NCBI GenBank assembly: GCA_023205875.1
Contig: CP060755.1
Location: forward strand, 806,001 to 870,000
DNA: 64,000 nucleotides
Reading direction: 5' to 3'
Source: Chloropicon primus
Taxonomy: Eukaryota
Of this stretch, positions 50,611-59,259 are shown piece by piece; the stretch's first letter is position 1; each line of letters starts with the position of its first letter. The position numbers were made by a program, and so were the translations under genes. The notes below the pieces were generated by a model. That model saw nothing but the letters and a program-made list of their open reading frames with translations. It was not told the DNA's origin and did no database searches.

Positions 50611-51348
50611 ACGAAGACGAACCGAAATAATCCAACAAAACAATATATTTGTCCCTCCAAGGATAGATAGGATATACATCTCTTTCTTTCCCTTTCTTTC
50701 TCTTTCTCTTGTTTCTTCCTCGCTGAGGCATTGAACAATTGCAGGAGACAGACCATCCCATAATCCCAAGCAAAAAGGAGGAGGAGGGGGTCGCACCGGG
50801 TCTTTGGGCTTTGTCTTTGGCTGGGTTCCACCCCCTCCACCCCCTTTCTTTCCTTTCCCAGAGGAGGAAATAACTTCTCGTAGGAACCTTCCGATGGGCA
50901 GGAGCCTTCCGATGAGACGGGCAGCTGAAGATCTCTGAAGATGTTGAGCTTTTTCATCCTCAATCGACATTTTTATCCACAGGTTCTTTGATAATACGAT
51001 AAGGTACTGAACTCGTGGCGGCGAACGAGGCATACAACAATGGCTTCCTTCCCTTCCTTGGTGACGCAGACGTGCTACGATGAATGACACTTGTTGCGTT
51101 GACCTCTTTCACCATCTTAGCTTATCTTATCCTATCTTACGTTCGTTCCTAATGCCTTCCCATTGAGGTTGCAATTTGCAAGAAACCCTGAGTAAAAGCG
51201 TGGGCGGCTTGTTTGACTACGTTGCATACGCTAGAAGGAGGCGGTACGTTTGTGAGTGAGGCTCTCGGGTAGAGCTGCCTGCATTGTCGGCGCTATCGAA
51301 TAGGAATAGAAGTCGGCATTGTATACGAAAAGAGAAACACAGACCCTA

Positions 51349-52497
51349 ATGAGTGGTTTATTACGGACGAGCTCGCAAAGAAAACCCTTAGGGTTTTCGA
51401 AGCCGAAGCCGCGAGATGGAAGGGTCGTTCCGAACGAGAACGAGGACTCCAACAACTACCTCACTTGTCAGATAGATATGATGCACGACCCCGTCCGTAT
51501 GGACGCCTACCGGACAGCAATAGACGAGAACAAGGACAACTTTTTGGGTAAAGTGGTCCTGGACGTTGGCTGCGGGACCGGGGTTCTCTCCATCATGGCT
51601 GCCAGAGCCGGGGCCAGGAAGGTGTATGCCGTGGAGACGAATGCGGCCAGGTACGCCAGGAAGCTGGTGGGAGCTCACGGCCTGGAAGACGTCGTGACCG
51701 TGCTCGAGTGCTGCGTGGAGGAGGCGGACCTGCCAGAGAAGGTGGATATCATCGTATCCGACTTCATGGGCCACTTCCTCCTGCAGGAGTCCATGATAGA
51801 CAACGTAATCCTTGCGAGGGACAAGTTCCTGAAGAGCACCGGAGCCATCTACCCTTCCCACTGCAAGATGTTCCTCGCCGCAGCTTCTTCGTCCAGGCAC
51901 GGCGAGAGCAGAGTGGAAGCCCACCACGAATCTCTCGAGGAGTTCGACGAGGTGAAAGACTACATGTTCAACGAATGCGAGATCGACTTGACGTGCCTGT
52001 CGGATGTGTACAAGGACGAGGCGCGAGAGCTCGCCCTGCACTCGAGTTGCAGCGTGCACCTCGAGGCGAACGAGTTGCTCGGACCTCCCGTGGCGGTAAA
52101 GGAAATTGATCTTCTCACCGCAACTCATGATGACGTGAAGGGCGTGAGCCAGAGCTTCTGCATCGATTTGGATCCCAGCATGGACAAGGAGAAGAGAAGG
52201 AACTTCGATCTTTGGGTCGGCTGGTTCGCGGTTCAATTCAATGGGTCGCCGGACAACCCCTCTCTAGTCCAAGTGGAGTGTGACACGGGGCCGTACAACG
52301 ACGAGACTCACTGGAGCCACGAAGGGTTCATCGTGCACCCTCCCATCGATCTGACCGGCGCCAGCAAGGTTCAGGGCCAAATAGAGATGACCAGGAAGAA
52401 AGCGAACTGGCGTCTGTACGACGTGAAGATCTCGCACAGAGCTTGCTCGGGGGAGAAGAGCGGAGAAGAGGTCTCCAAGACGTACTACCTCAAGTGA
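51349..52497 (+). CDS. Protein arginine N-methyltransferase (PRMT10-like, divergent)
   Basis: 'VRMDAY', motif I 'VVLDVGCGTGVLS', post-I 'VYAVE', 'LPEKVDIIVSDFMGHFLLQESM', 'GWF' and the THW loop 'ETHW'. Confidence 0.9.
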   Translation: MSGLLRTSSQRKPLGFSKPKPRDGRVVPNENEDSNNYLTCQIDMMHDPVRMDAYRTAIDENKDNFLGKVVLDVGCGTGVLSIMAARAGARKVYAVETNAARYARKLVGAHGLEDVVTVLECCVEEADLPEKVDIIVSDFMGHFLLQESMIDNVILARDKFLKSTGAIYPSHCKMFLAAASSSRHGESRVEAHHESLEEFDEVKDYMFNECEIDLTCLSDVYKDEARELALHSSCSVHLEANELLGPPVAVKEIDLLTATHDDVKGVSQSFCIDLDPSMDKEKRRNFDLWVGWFAVQFNGSPDNPSLVQVECDTGPYNDETHWSHEGFIVHPPIDLTGASKVQGQIEMTRKKANWRLYDVKISHRACSGEKSGEEVSKTYYLK

Positions 52498-52580
52498 CTT
52501 GGTGGACTGGACACGCGCGGCGTGTAGCATGAAGAGTGTTTGTTACTTTCAGAATCTTTGTGAATCGATCGATCGCGGCG

Positions 52581-52653
52581 ATGATGACAAAGGCCATCAT
52601 GGCACAGAGAGACTAAAGAGCGATGATGACATGTGTATCTAGGAATCCTCTGA
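52581..52653 (+). ncRNA. Possible box C/D snoRNA
   Basis: ATGATGA (C, 52581), CTAA (D'-like, 52613), ATGATGA (C', 52623) and CTGA (D, 52650) within 73 nt. No clear terminal stem. Confidence 0.25.
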
Positions 52654-52970
52654 CAACCAGCCCTCTGTCCTTTGAAAGGAATGGGCAAAGAGATCCACTC
52701 CCTTTGTCAAAACCTTCCACCGAGGTGTCAATCGAAAGCCCGTGAGATGTCCTTCCTCTTGATCAACACCTCTCCCCCCTCACCCGCACTGTCCTTGCAC
52801 AAGATTCTCGACAAACACCACCACCTCCGCAGTCATATCCTCCAGTCCAATTTCGTTTCCTCGAGGGAGAGAGAGAGGAGAAGCGAAGCGAAGGGAGAGA
52901 GAGAGACCGGAGGAGGGAGGAGCGACGAGTGATCATTATTAGGATTAGGGCGGGGCAGGGGTTAGAGGCC

Positions 52971-55838
52971 ATGGAGTCATTCCGGGATTCACCGGTGCCG
53001 TTGATGAGTTTGGAGGAGGAGGAGGAAGCCTCGAGTCACACGTTCGCCAAGGTTGGGAACGGGAGTGGGAATCAACCCGGGGGTGGGGGTGGGGGTGGTT
53101 TCGCAGCTAGGACGAGGTCGTCCCTTATCGCGGAGCTCGACTTGGCGGACCTTTCGGACGAGGATGAGGAGGACGAGGAGGCTCTACTAGAGAGCTCGCT
53201 CGTGGCGAGGAAGGAGTTCAAACAAGTGGCGTGGTCCGCGGAGGACGACGAGGAGGTGGAAGAGATTTCCCTGAGGATATTGAGCTCGTTCCAGCCGAGT
53301 GAGATAGAGGGCCCGACGACGAGCCCAGCGATGGCAGCCGAGAGAATGACGAGCATATTCTCTCACGGCAAGGCCCCCGCGAACCAGGATTTACTTGGCT
53401 TGGGGACAATTGACTTCAGGAACGCGTCGCTCGTGAGGCATGCGGCGGGGAGGTTGGACTACGAAAGGCACGGCAGCATCCACAAGAAGCCGGGGATCAT
53501 GGGAAGGACTTGGAGCAACTCCCTGGGTGGCAAGATGATGGCGCCGCGGCTGAGCTCCTTCTCCCACGGATCGAGCAGGGAGGACCCGAGCCTGCTGGCG
53601 TCCAGCGATAGCTTTGACCCGAAAAAGTACTTGGGGAGAGTCCACAGAAACAGCTCGCAGGCTGACCTTCAAAAGGGCCAGCTCTACTTGACGAAGCAGC
53701 TCAACGAGGGCAAGGATCAGAGAATGCTGCTCGTGAAGGAGAACTTCGAGAGGTTCATAAAGTGCAAGAACACCATCGATGACATTCACTCGAAGCTGCA
53801 GCACAACGAGTTCCACTCGTCTTCCGAGGCGGCGAGCACGGTGCTTCTCATGCAGTCCCTGAACGACGTGAAGGACAAGTCGAACACGATATTTAAGCCG
53901 CTCATTGACAGGCAGCACGACAGGGAAAAGCTTCAGCGGATGCTGTCGACCTTCAGGCGGTACCAGTGGTTCTTGGAGATGCCGACGACGCTTGAAGAGC
54001 AACTGAACAATCGCAAGAACGACCAAGTCGTGTCTTGCTACAAGAAGTCGAAGCTGTTCATCGAGGAGCACCCGAACGTGGACCTTTTCTCAAAGGTGTT
54101 CAAGGAGATCGAGCGCGTTGTCACGGGTTACAAGGACAAGCTCTACCGGAATTTGGAATCCTGCAAGGTGGACGTGGAAAGGGCAAAGGAATTGATAACG
54201 ACCCTCGTGCGCCTGCAAGGCAACCAGATTTTGGCCCAAAACTTGCAGAAGCAGAACCCGTTCCTTGTGTACTTGGACAGCGTGAGCGATTACGTCTTGA
54301 AGAAGATGAAGGACCATTTCCTGGAGTACGAGAAGGCTCTGCAAGACTTGGATAGCCAAGAGGACCCCATAGTGAGCAGCGACGAGATGTCACAGTTCGA
54401 ATGCATCATGCTGAACGTTGTCATGTTCGCCAGGGAGAACAGGCAGAGGCCGACCCTGAAAATGTTCTTAGAATACTCGAACGTGGACTGCGCTGAGCTC
54501 TCTTTCAAGTTGAGGCTGGGGAAGCTTCAGAGCACCTACGTGATTAGGCTGTCATCGGTACTGCTGACCGTCGTGGATATCCTTTTGCACCTCTACCTCG
54601 AAGATAAGTCCATGCTGAAGACGCTGAGAGGCAGAGAAAACGTGGACAGGAATTACCTCTCTGACATTGTTGAGGCATCGAAGAACAAGCTGCACCTCAT
54701 TTTCAGGGCGTACGAAAACCAGCTGCACGTCCTGTTCGCCTCGTCGGAGGAATCGAATGGCCTTTGGAACTGTGCAAAAGAGATCAGCATGGCTACTTCC
54801 GCGGTCCTTGAAGATGTCGCGAACAGGAGCATGCCCGAAGGAGATCGGAACCAGATTCTTGATGTGAACATGGGCCTGGTCGAGCGATTCGTAAAGTATG
54901 TTTGCGGTCAGCTGGAGAAAGTTTGCACCTTTACTGCACATGAAGCGAAAATGGGGGAGATTCGGGCGAGGCGGGTGCATGAAGAGAAGTCTGCGTCCCT
55001 TGAGATCCTTTATGTCGGCGACGCCTTACTCGTGGGTCTCCAAAAAGTAGTCGAGACCATTTCTCAAATCCAGAACAGCGACGACACTGGAGACAAGAGT
55101 GAGAGACTCGTCAAATTCGTTGAAAGGTCGTTGAACAACTGCTTGCGCTGTTGTGCAAGGGAGTTCGACAGGGTGGGGGAGGAGGTCATGGAAACCAGCG
55201 ATTACAACAGCGACATCAGGATGGTGCTGCAGGGCCTGCAGGATGCCCACTTCCTGGAGAATGAGATCTTTCCCAAGGCATGCAAGATCATGAGCTCCAT
55301 CACGAGTTTGGAGTCGATGAAGGAGGTCACCAGAATGAGTCCCCTGGTCGAAAGCATGCGCAACATGAAAAAGCGGTACGTTGCTTTGAACGGCGTGAGA
55401 ACGGAGCTGCTTCAGAGGGCTTACTTGAGCGGAAGCGTGGAGGGCAGGTCCGAGAATCTTTTTGACGTGAGAAACCACGTGTTCATAGTCCTGCAATTCT
55501 TCGTCGATCAGCATTCTCATGGCTGGCAGACAGTTCCCCATCTGTGCAAGGAGCTTCTGACGCTACTCGTGGAAAGCTTCTTCGAGACTCTCAGCGAGGG
55601 CTTTCATGAGAACACCGAGAGGATCAGCAAGGAAGAGTACCTGCAGTCTGTCTTGGAGATCTCCTACCTCGAGAAGGCCCTCGGCCTATACGTGTCGGGA
55701 AAGGCGCACAAAAGCACGGAGCAGATTCGGAGGCACCTCTTTTCGAGATGCAGAACGAAGGTTGAGAGTGCTGCGATGGACAAAAGAGTCGACGCCGCCC
55801 TGGAGAGCACGAAGGTCCACTGGCTGTGCTTCCACTAG
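52971..55838 (+). CDS. SEC5: Exocyst complex component SEC5 (EXOC2)
   Basis: 'SDSFDPKKYLGRVH...LVKENFERFIKCKNTIDDIH' and 'IFKPLIDR..FLEMP', followed by a long helical-bundle body. Confidence 0.88.
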   Translation: MESFRDSPVPLMSLEEEEEASSHTFAKVGNGSGNQPGGGGGGGFAARTRSSLIAELDLADLSDEDEEDEEALLESSLVARKEFKQVAWSAEDDEEVEEISLRILSSFQPSEIEGPTTSPAMAAERMTSIFSHGKAPANQDLLGLGTIDFRNASLVRHAAGRLDYERHGSIHKKPGIMGRTWSNSLGGKMMAPRLSSFSHGSSREDPSLLASSDSFDPKKYLGRVHRNSSQADLQKGQLYLTKQLNEGKDQRMLLVKENFERFIKCKNTIDDIHSKLQHNEFHSSSEAASTVLLMQSLNDVKDKSNTIFKPLIDRQHDREKLQRMLSTFRRYQWFLEMPTTLEEQLNNRKNDQVVSCYKKSKLFIEEHPNVDLFSKVFKEIERVVTGYKDKLYRNLESCKVDVERAKELITTLVRLQGNQILAQNLQKQNPFLVYLDSVSDYVLKKMKDHFLEYEKALQDLDSQEDPIVSSDEMSQFECIMLNVVMFARENRQRPTLKMFLEYSNVDCAELSFKLRLGKLQSTYVIRLSSVLLTVVDILLHLYLEDKSMLKTLRGRENVDRNYLSDIVEASKNKLHLIFRAYENQLHVLFASSEESNGLWNCAKEISMATSAVLEDVANRSMPEGDRNQILDVNMGLVERFVKYVCGQLEKVCTFTAHEAKMGEIRARRVHEEKSASLEILYVGDALLVGLQKVVETISQIQNSDDTGDKSERLVKFVERSLNNCLRCCAREFDRVGEEVMETSDYNSDIRMVLQGLQDAHFLENEIFPKACKIMSSITSLESMKEVTRMSPLVESMRNMKKRYVALNGVRTELLQRAYLSGSVEGRSENLFDVRNHVFIVLQFFVDQHSHGWQTVPHLCKELLTLLVESFFETLSEGFHENTERISKEEYLQSVLEISYLEKALGLYVSGKAHKSTEQIRRHLFSRCRTKVESAAMDKRVDAALESTKVHWLCFH

Positions 55839-55912
55839 GCTAAGAGAAACGTTTCTCGTAAACCTCGTTTTTATTGGAAGTATTCTATAAAATAAAGTGG
55901 CGAAAGAAAATA

Positions 55913-58900
55913 TTACATTTGGAATGGCAGGTGGTGCATCACCGGGAGCTTCAAAGTCTCCCCCCTCATCTGTGGAATTTTGCACGGCGTTATCCTGACC
56001 CGGTAGAAAGGACCGTAGATCTCGCCATCCAGCAGAATACTAAACGCTTGGTGCCTCTCCAGCGTCTCGACTTGCAGCTTGTTCGTGTGGTACATTTGGC
56101 AAAACGCAAGGTCGTCAAAACACTTTATCCGCTTCCTTGACTTGTACACGGCCTCGTACTCGGCGATGCTGACGTCGAGCCACTCGGACCTCGGATCGCA
56201 CACCCTGCCGCTGTCCGTGGACCTTGGCACATTGAACAGAGAAATCGAGGTGAAGCCCTGGGCCGGCGACATCACCGACTTTGTGACCTCGTTTCCTTGA
56301 AGGTCGACTTGAGTGAACGACAAGGAGACTTCCAAGCGATACTTTTGCAGGGCTTGGTCAAAGGCCTGAGCGCAATTTTCCGGCGGATTGATCGGTCTTG
56401 GGTCCCCCTCCGAGTGCTGGTGCAGAATGTGCTCGTGAATGAGTTGCTGGAAGATGTTCTTGTCCCCGAAAGCGGCCAGGTGCACCGGGAGACCGATGTA
56501 CGCCTGGGTGCAGAATGGTATCGTGTAATGCATAGTCTTCTTTCCTTGGAGGGCCCAAGCTTCGCACACAAAGGTGGAGACCATCAGCTTCTGCTCTGCC
56601 ACGTCAATGTACCTTTCCAGAACGTGGCCACAGATGTTGGCGGATGGAATAGAGTCCGCCTTGATGCTCTTCAGAGCATCAACGTTCGACTTCCCGTCCC
56701 CGTTGGCGTTACCGTTGCTGTGCGTCTTTCTGCCCGAGCGAGACGACATGGGCGTCAACCCCGAGGTTCCATCCAGGGTGTAGTCCTTGAGCTTGTTCAA
56801 AACCATCGTCATCCTGTGATGTATCGTGTGCGTGACCTTCTCTTCCTTCGCTGCGGCGGGGACTTGAGTGAACATCTCCGCCGAGGGGACGAGGGGAAGG
56901 TCGTTGCCCAGGGACGTGAAAACGGTGCCACAGTACCACGAGTCGTAGTAGGCTATGAAGGACGAGAGCCTGTTCGCAACACCAAGGGGCAGCACATAGA
57001 TCTTGAACTCGATGCCGCATTTTTGGATGAGATCGTAATAGTTCGCGTGCACGTGCACGTAGCCCTTGAGGAAGTTGTGAAGCGTGCCGTCTCCTCCGGC
57101 AATCACGATCTGCAAGGTTTTGGGGGAGCCAAAGCCCTGGAACCTCGACTTGCTTGGCGAGTTCGCGGACAGATCCATCAGTATCTTGTGCAGCTGAACC
57201 CCGGCATCTGAGTTCGGGTACCTCCTCTCCTTTGGCCCGCTCGCCCCGCTCGTGCCTTCCAGGACCTCGATGTAATTTGATGTGTGCATGTTCGTGATCT
57301 CGTGGACCGTGAAGGAAGGGCCGAAGTCCGGTACCATGTCTATGTCGGATATCATCTTCTCGTTCGAAGGGTTAAGCTCCTTCGTGGCTTCCTCGACGAG
57401 CTTCTTCAGGGCCTCCGAGCGGTAAGCGGCAGCCTTTTCGGCGGTCGGGAAATCGCAGGCAGTCTCCTCGATCTTCACCAGCTCCCTCTGAATCTCTGGC
57501 AACCTTAGGCTCTCGTCCTTGATCCCGCCTCGAAGAATCTTTATCGCTGTATCAAAGTCCATGACCTCGTTGCTGGACATGGCGCTGATGAGCGAAAGTC
57601 TGAAACAGGAGTATATCAACTCGTCCTTCCCAAAGGTTCCAAGTATAGCTTCCCTGTACTTGACGTACCTCTTCAACGTCTCGTTAAACATACCCCCTTG
57701 GTACGAATCCGTGTTGAGGAAGACTCGACACATCTGGATGTTCTTGTTGTCCTTTTTCGACTGCAGGAGGTAGGACACGAGCTTGCCCAGGGATTTTCTC
57801 ACGTGGTAGCCCGGGAACTTGAGCTCCTTGGCGATGGCAGTGACCAGGCTGGAGGCCAGGTTCCCCACCGGCAAAGGCCATATCCTGTAAGGCAGCAGGA
57901 TCTGCAACGCTTCCATCAAGACATTTGACGGGACAACGTGAAGGCAAAGGAACTCCTTCATCAGCATGAACAGGCAACACAGGCTTTGGTCCGCAAGCTC
58001 CTCGTCGTCTTGCCGAAGAATATTCGAGATCATGACAAACGGAGAGGTCTCCGGCCCCGCCACGGAGCAAGCATCGCGGATCCCCATGTACATCAAGTAC
58101 ATTCCGTACCCGAAGTTCATGTGGTGGTACCCGCTGACTTGCCCGAACTTTGGCATGTGCTCCACGAAGAGTCGGATGGCGTTGTCAAGCATGTCCGCGC
58201 CGAGGTGGCCGCCCATGTCCTGGTGCATGAAAGGGCAACGGACAAGATCCTTGTAATCCCTCAATCTGGGACCGACGCTCTCCCTGGACAAGGCTTGGCC
58301 AATGATGAAATTGCCCAAAACCTGCAAAAGTGTGACAGAATCCTCCTCCCCAAGTCCTTGCTTGGACAGCGTCATGTTCGCTATGGCGCTGTAAAGGCTC
58401 GCGTCGGAGCAATCGACGCGGTGAAAGATGCTCAGGACGAAGAATGTATTCAGCAGCGTCTGCCTGAGCCTGAGCAGGTGGTACTCCAGCGTGGTCGACG
58501 AGTTCGCCAGAGATATCAGCGGCTTGTTCAGGAGATTTATGAAGTTTGCCTTGGTGTAGTGGCTCCTCGTGGCCCTGTCCGTCTGATTCGCCACAGGCCC
58601 TTGCAGGATGAAACGCTGCTGCTTGGCGGGGCTTGGGTTAAACGAAGGCTGCATCACCTTGTCTCCCCCAGCCTGTGACTTCTTGTGAGGCAGGGACTCC
58701 AGCTCATTGTCAATCTCTCTCAAGCGCCTTAATATGACTTCCGCGAAGTAGGTCGCGGTCTCCTCCTCCTTCATGTGCTCCCAAAAGGGGATGAATTTCT
58801 CCAGCTTTACCCTGATGCGGTTGACCGGCTTTATAGCAAGCCCGGAGGCCAAGATGTCCTCCAGGAGGTCTATCACTTGACGCGAGTCCATCTCCTCCAT
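55913..58900 (-). CDS. ~1000-aa protein resembling class IB PI3K regulatory subunit p101/p84 (PIK3R5/6-like)
   Basis: Long clean ORF containing 'PYRIWPLPVGNLASSLVTAIAKELKFPG' and several collinear C-terminal blocks resembling p101 (see findings). The 5' end is uncertain. Confidence 0.65.
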   Translation of the reverse strand: MEEMDSRQVIDLLEDILASGLAIKPVNRIRVKLEKFIPFWEHMKEEETATYFAEVILRRLREIDNELESLPHKKSQAGGDKVMQPSFNPSPAKQQRFILQGPVANQTDRATRSHYTKANFINLLNKPLISLANSSTTLEYHLLRLRQTLLNTFFVLSIFHRVDCSDASLYSAIANMTLSKQGLGEEDSVTLLQVLGNFIIGQALSRESVGPRLRDYKDLVRCPFMHQDMGGHLGADMLDNAIRLFVEHMPKFGQVSGYHHMNFGYGMYLMYMGIRDACSVAGPETSPFVMISNILRQDDEELADQSLCCLFMLMKEFLCLHVVPSNVLMEALQILLPYRIWPLPVGNLASSLVTAIAKELKFPGYHVRKSLGKLVSYLLQSKKDNKNIQMCRVFLNTDSYQGGMFNETLKRYVKYREAILGTFGKDELIYSCFRLSLISAMSSNEVMDFDTAIKILRGGIKDESLRLPEIQRELVKIEETACDFPTAEKAAAYRSEALKKLVEEATKELNPSNEKMISDIDMVPDFGPSFTVHEITNMHTSNYIEVLEGTSGASGPKERRYPNSDAGVQLHKILMDLSANSPSKSRFQGFGSPKTLQIVIAGGDGTLHNFLKGYVHVHANYYDLIQKCGIEFKIYVLPLGVANRLSSFIAYYDSWYCGTVFTSLGNDLPLVPSAEMFTQVPAAAKEEKVTHTIHHRMTMVLNKLKDYTLDGTSGLTPMSSRSGRKTHSNGNANGDGKSNVDALKSIKADSIPSANICGHVLERYIDVAEQKLMVSTFVCEAWALQGKKTMHYTIPFCTQAYIGLPVHLAAFGDKNIFQQLIHEHILHQHSEGDPRPINPPENCAQAFDQALQKYRLEVSLSFTQVDLQGNEVTKSVMSPAQGFTSISLFNVPRSTDSGRVCDPRSEWLDVSIAEYEAVYKSRKRIKCFDDLAFCQMYHTNKLQVETLERHQAFSILLDGEIYGPFYRVRITPCKIPQMRGETLKLPVMHHLPFQM

Positions 58901-59259
58901 GGTGGTGACCAATGACTCCAATTCCTTTCCTTTTCCACCTGCCTTGTGCCGAAGGCGAGGAGAGGATCAAGACAAGACAAGACGTGGTTCTCTTCGCAGC
59001 AGTTATGTCCCAGGCAGGCCCTGTTACATGCTTCACAGTCTGCACGCCGTCCCGATGGTGGTGTGACCTCCTTCGCCTTCCCAATGGTTTGGCCAAGATT
59101 TCTATGGAGAGAGAAAACCTAAGCGGGGAGGCCAAAGCCAGAGGAGGTAACCGACAAGGACTGGACTGGACAAGCAGAGTGTTTGGGGGTGCCGGGGGGG
59201 AAGGAGGAAGGAGAGGATCTTCACTTTGCATGGAAAGAGGGTTTACGTGTATTGTGGCG

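Noticed and set aside
50650..51340. Lower-GC intergenic stretch as a possible mobile element or RNA gene
   Set aside because: No terminal repeats, transposase ORF, cloverleaf or recognisable ncRNA motif could be found by eye.
57080..57115. 'GGDGT' suggesting a diacylglycerol or sphingosine kinase
   Set aside because: The upstream NPxSG motif is missing, the 'LPLGVAN' similarity is only partial, and multiple blocks across the protein fit p101 better. This is not fully excluded without a profile search.
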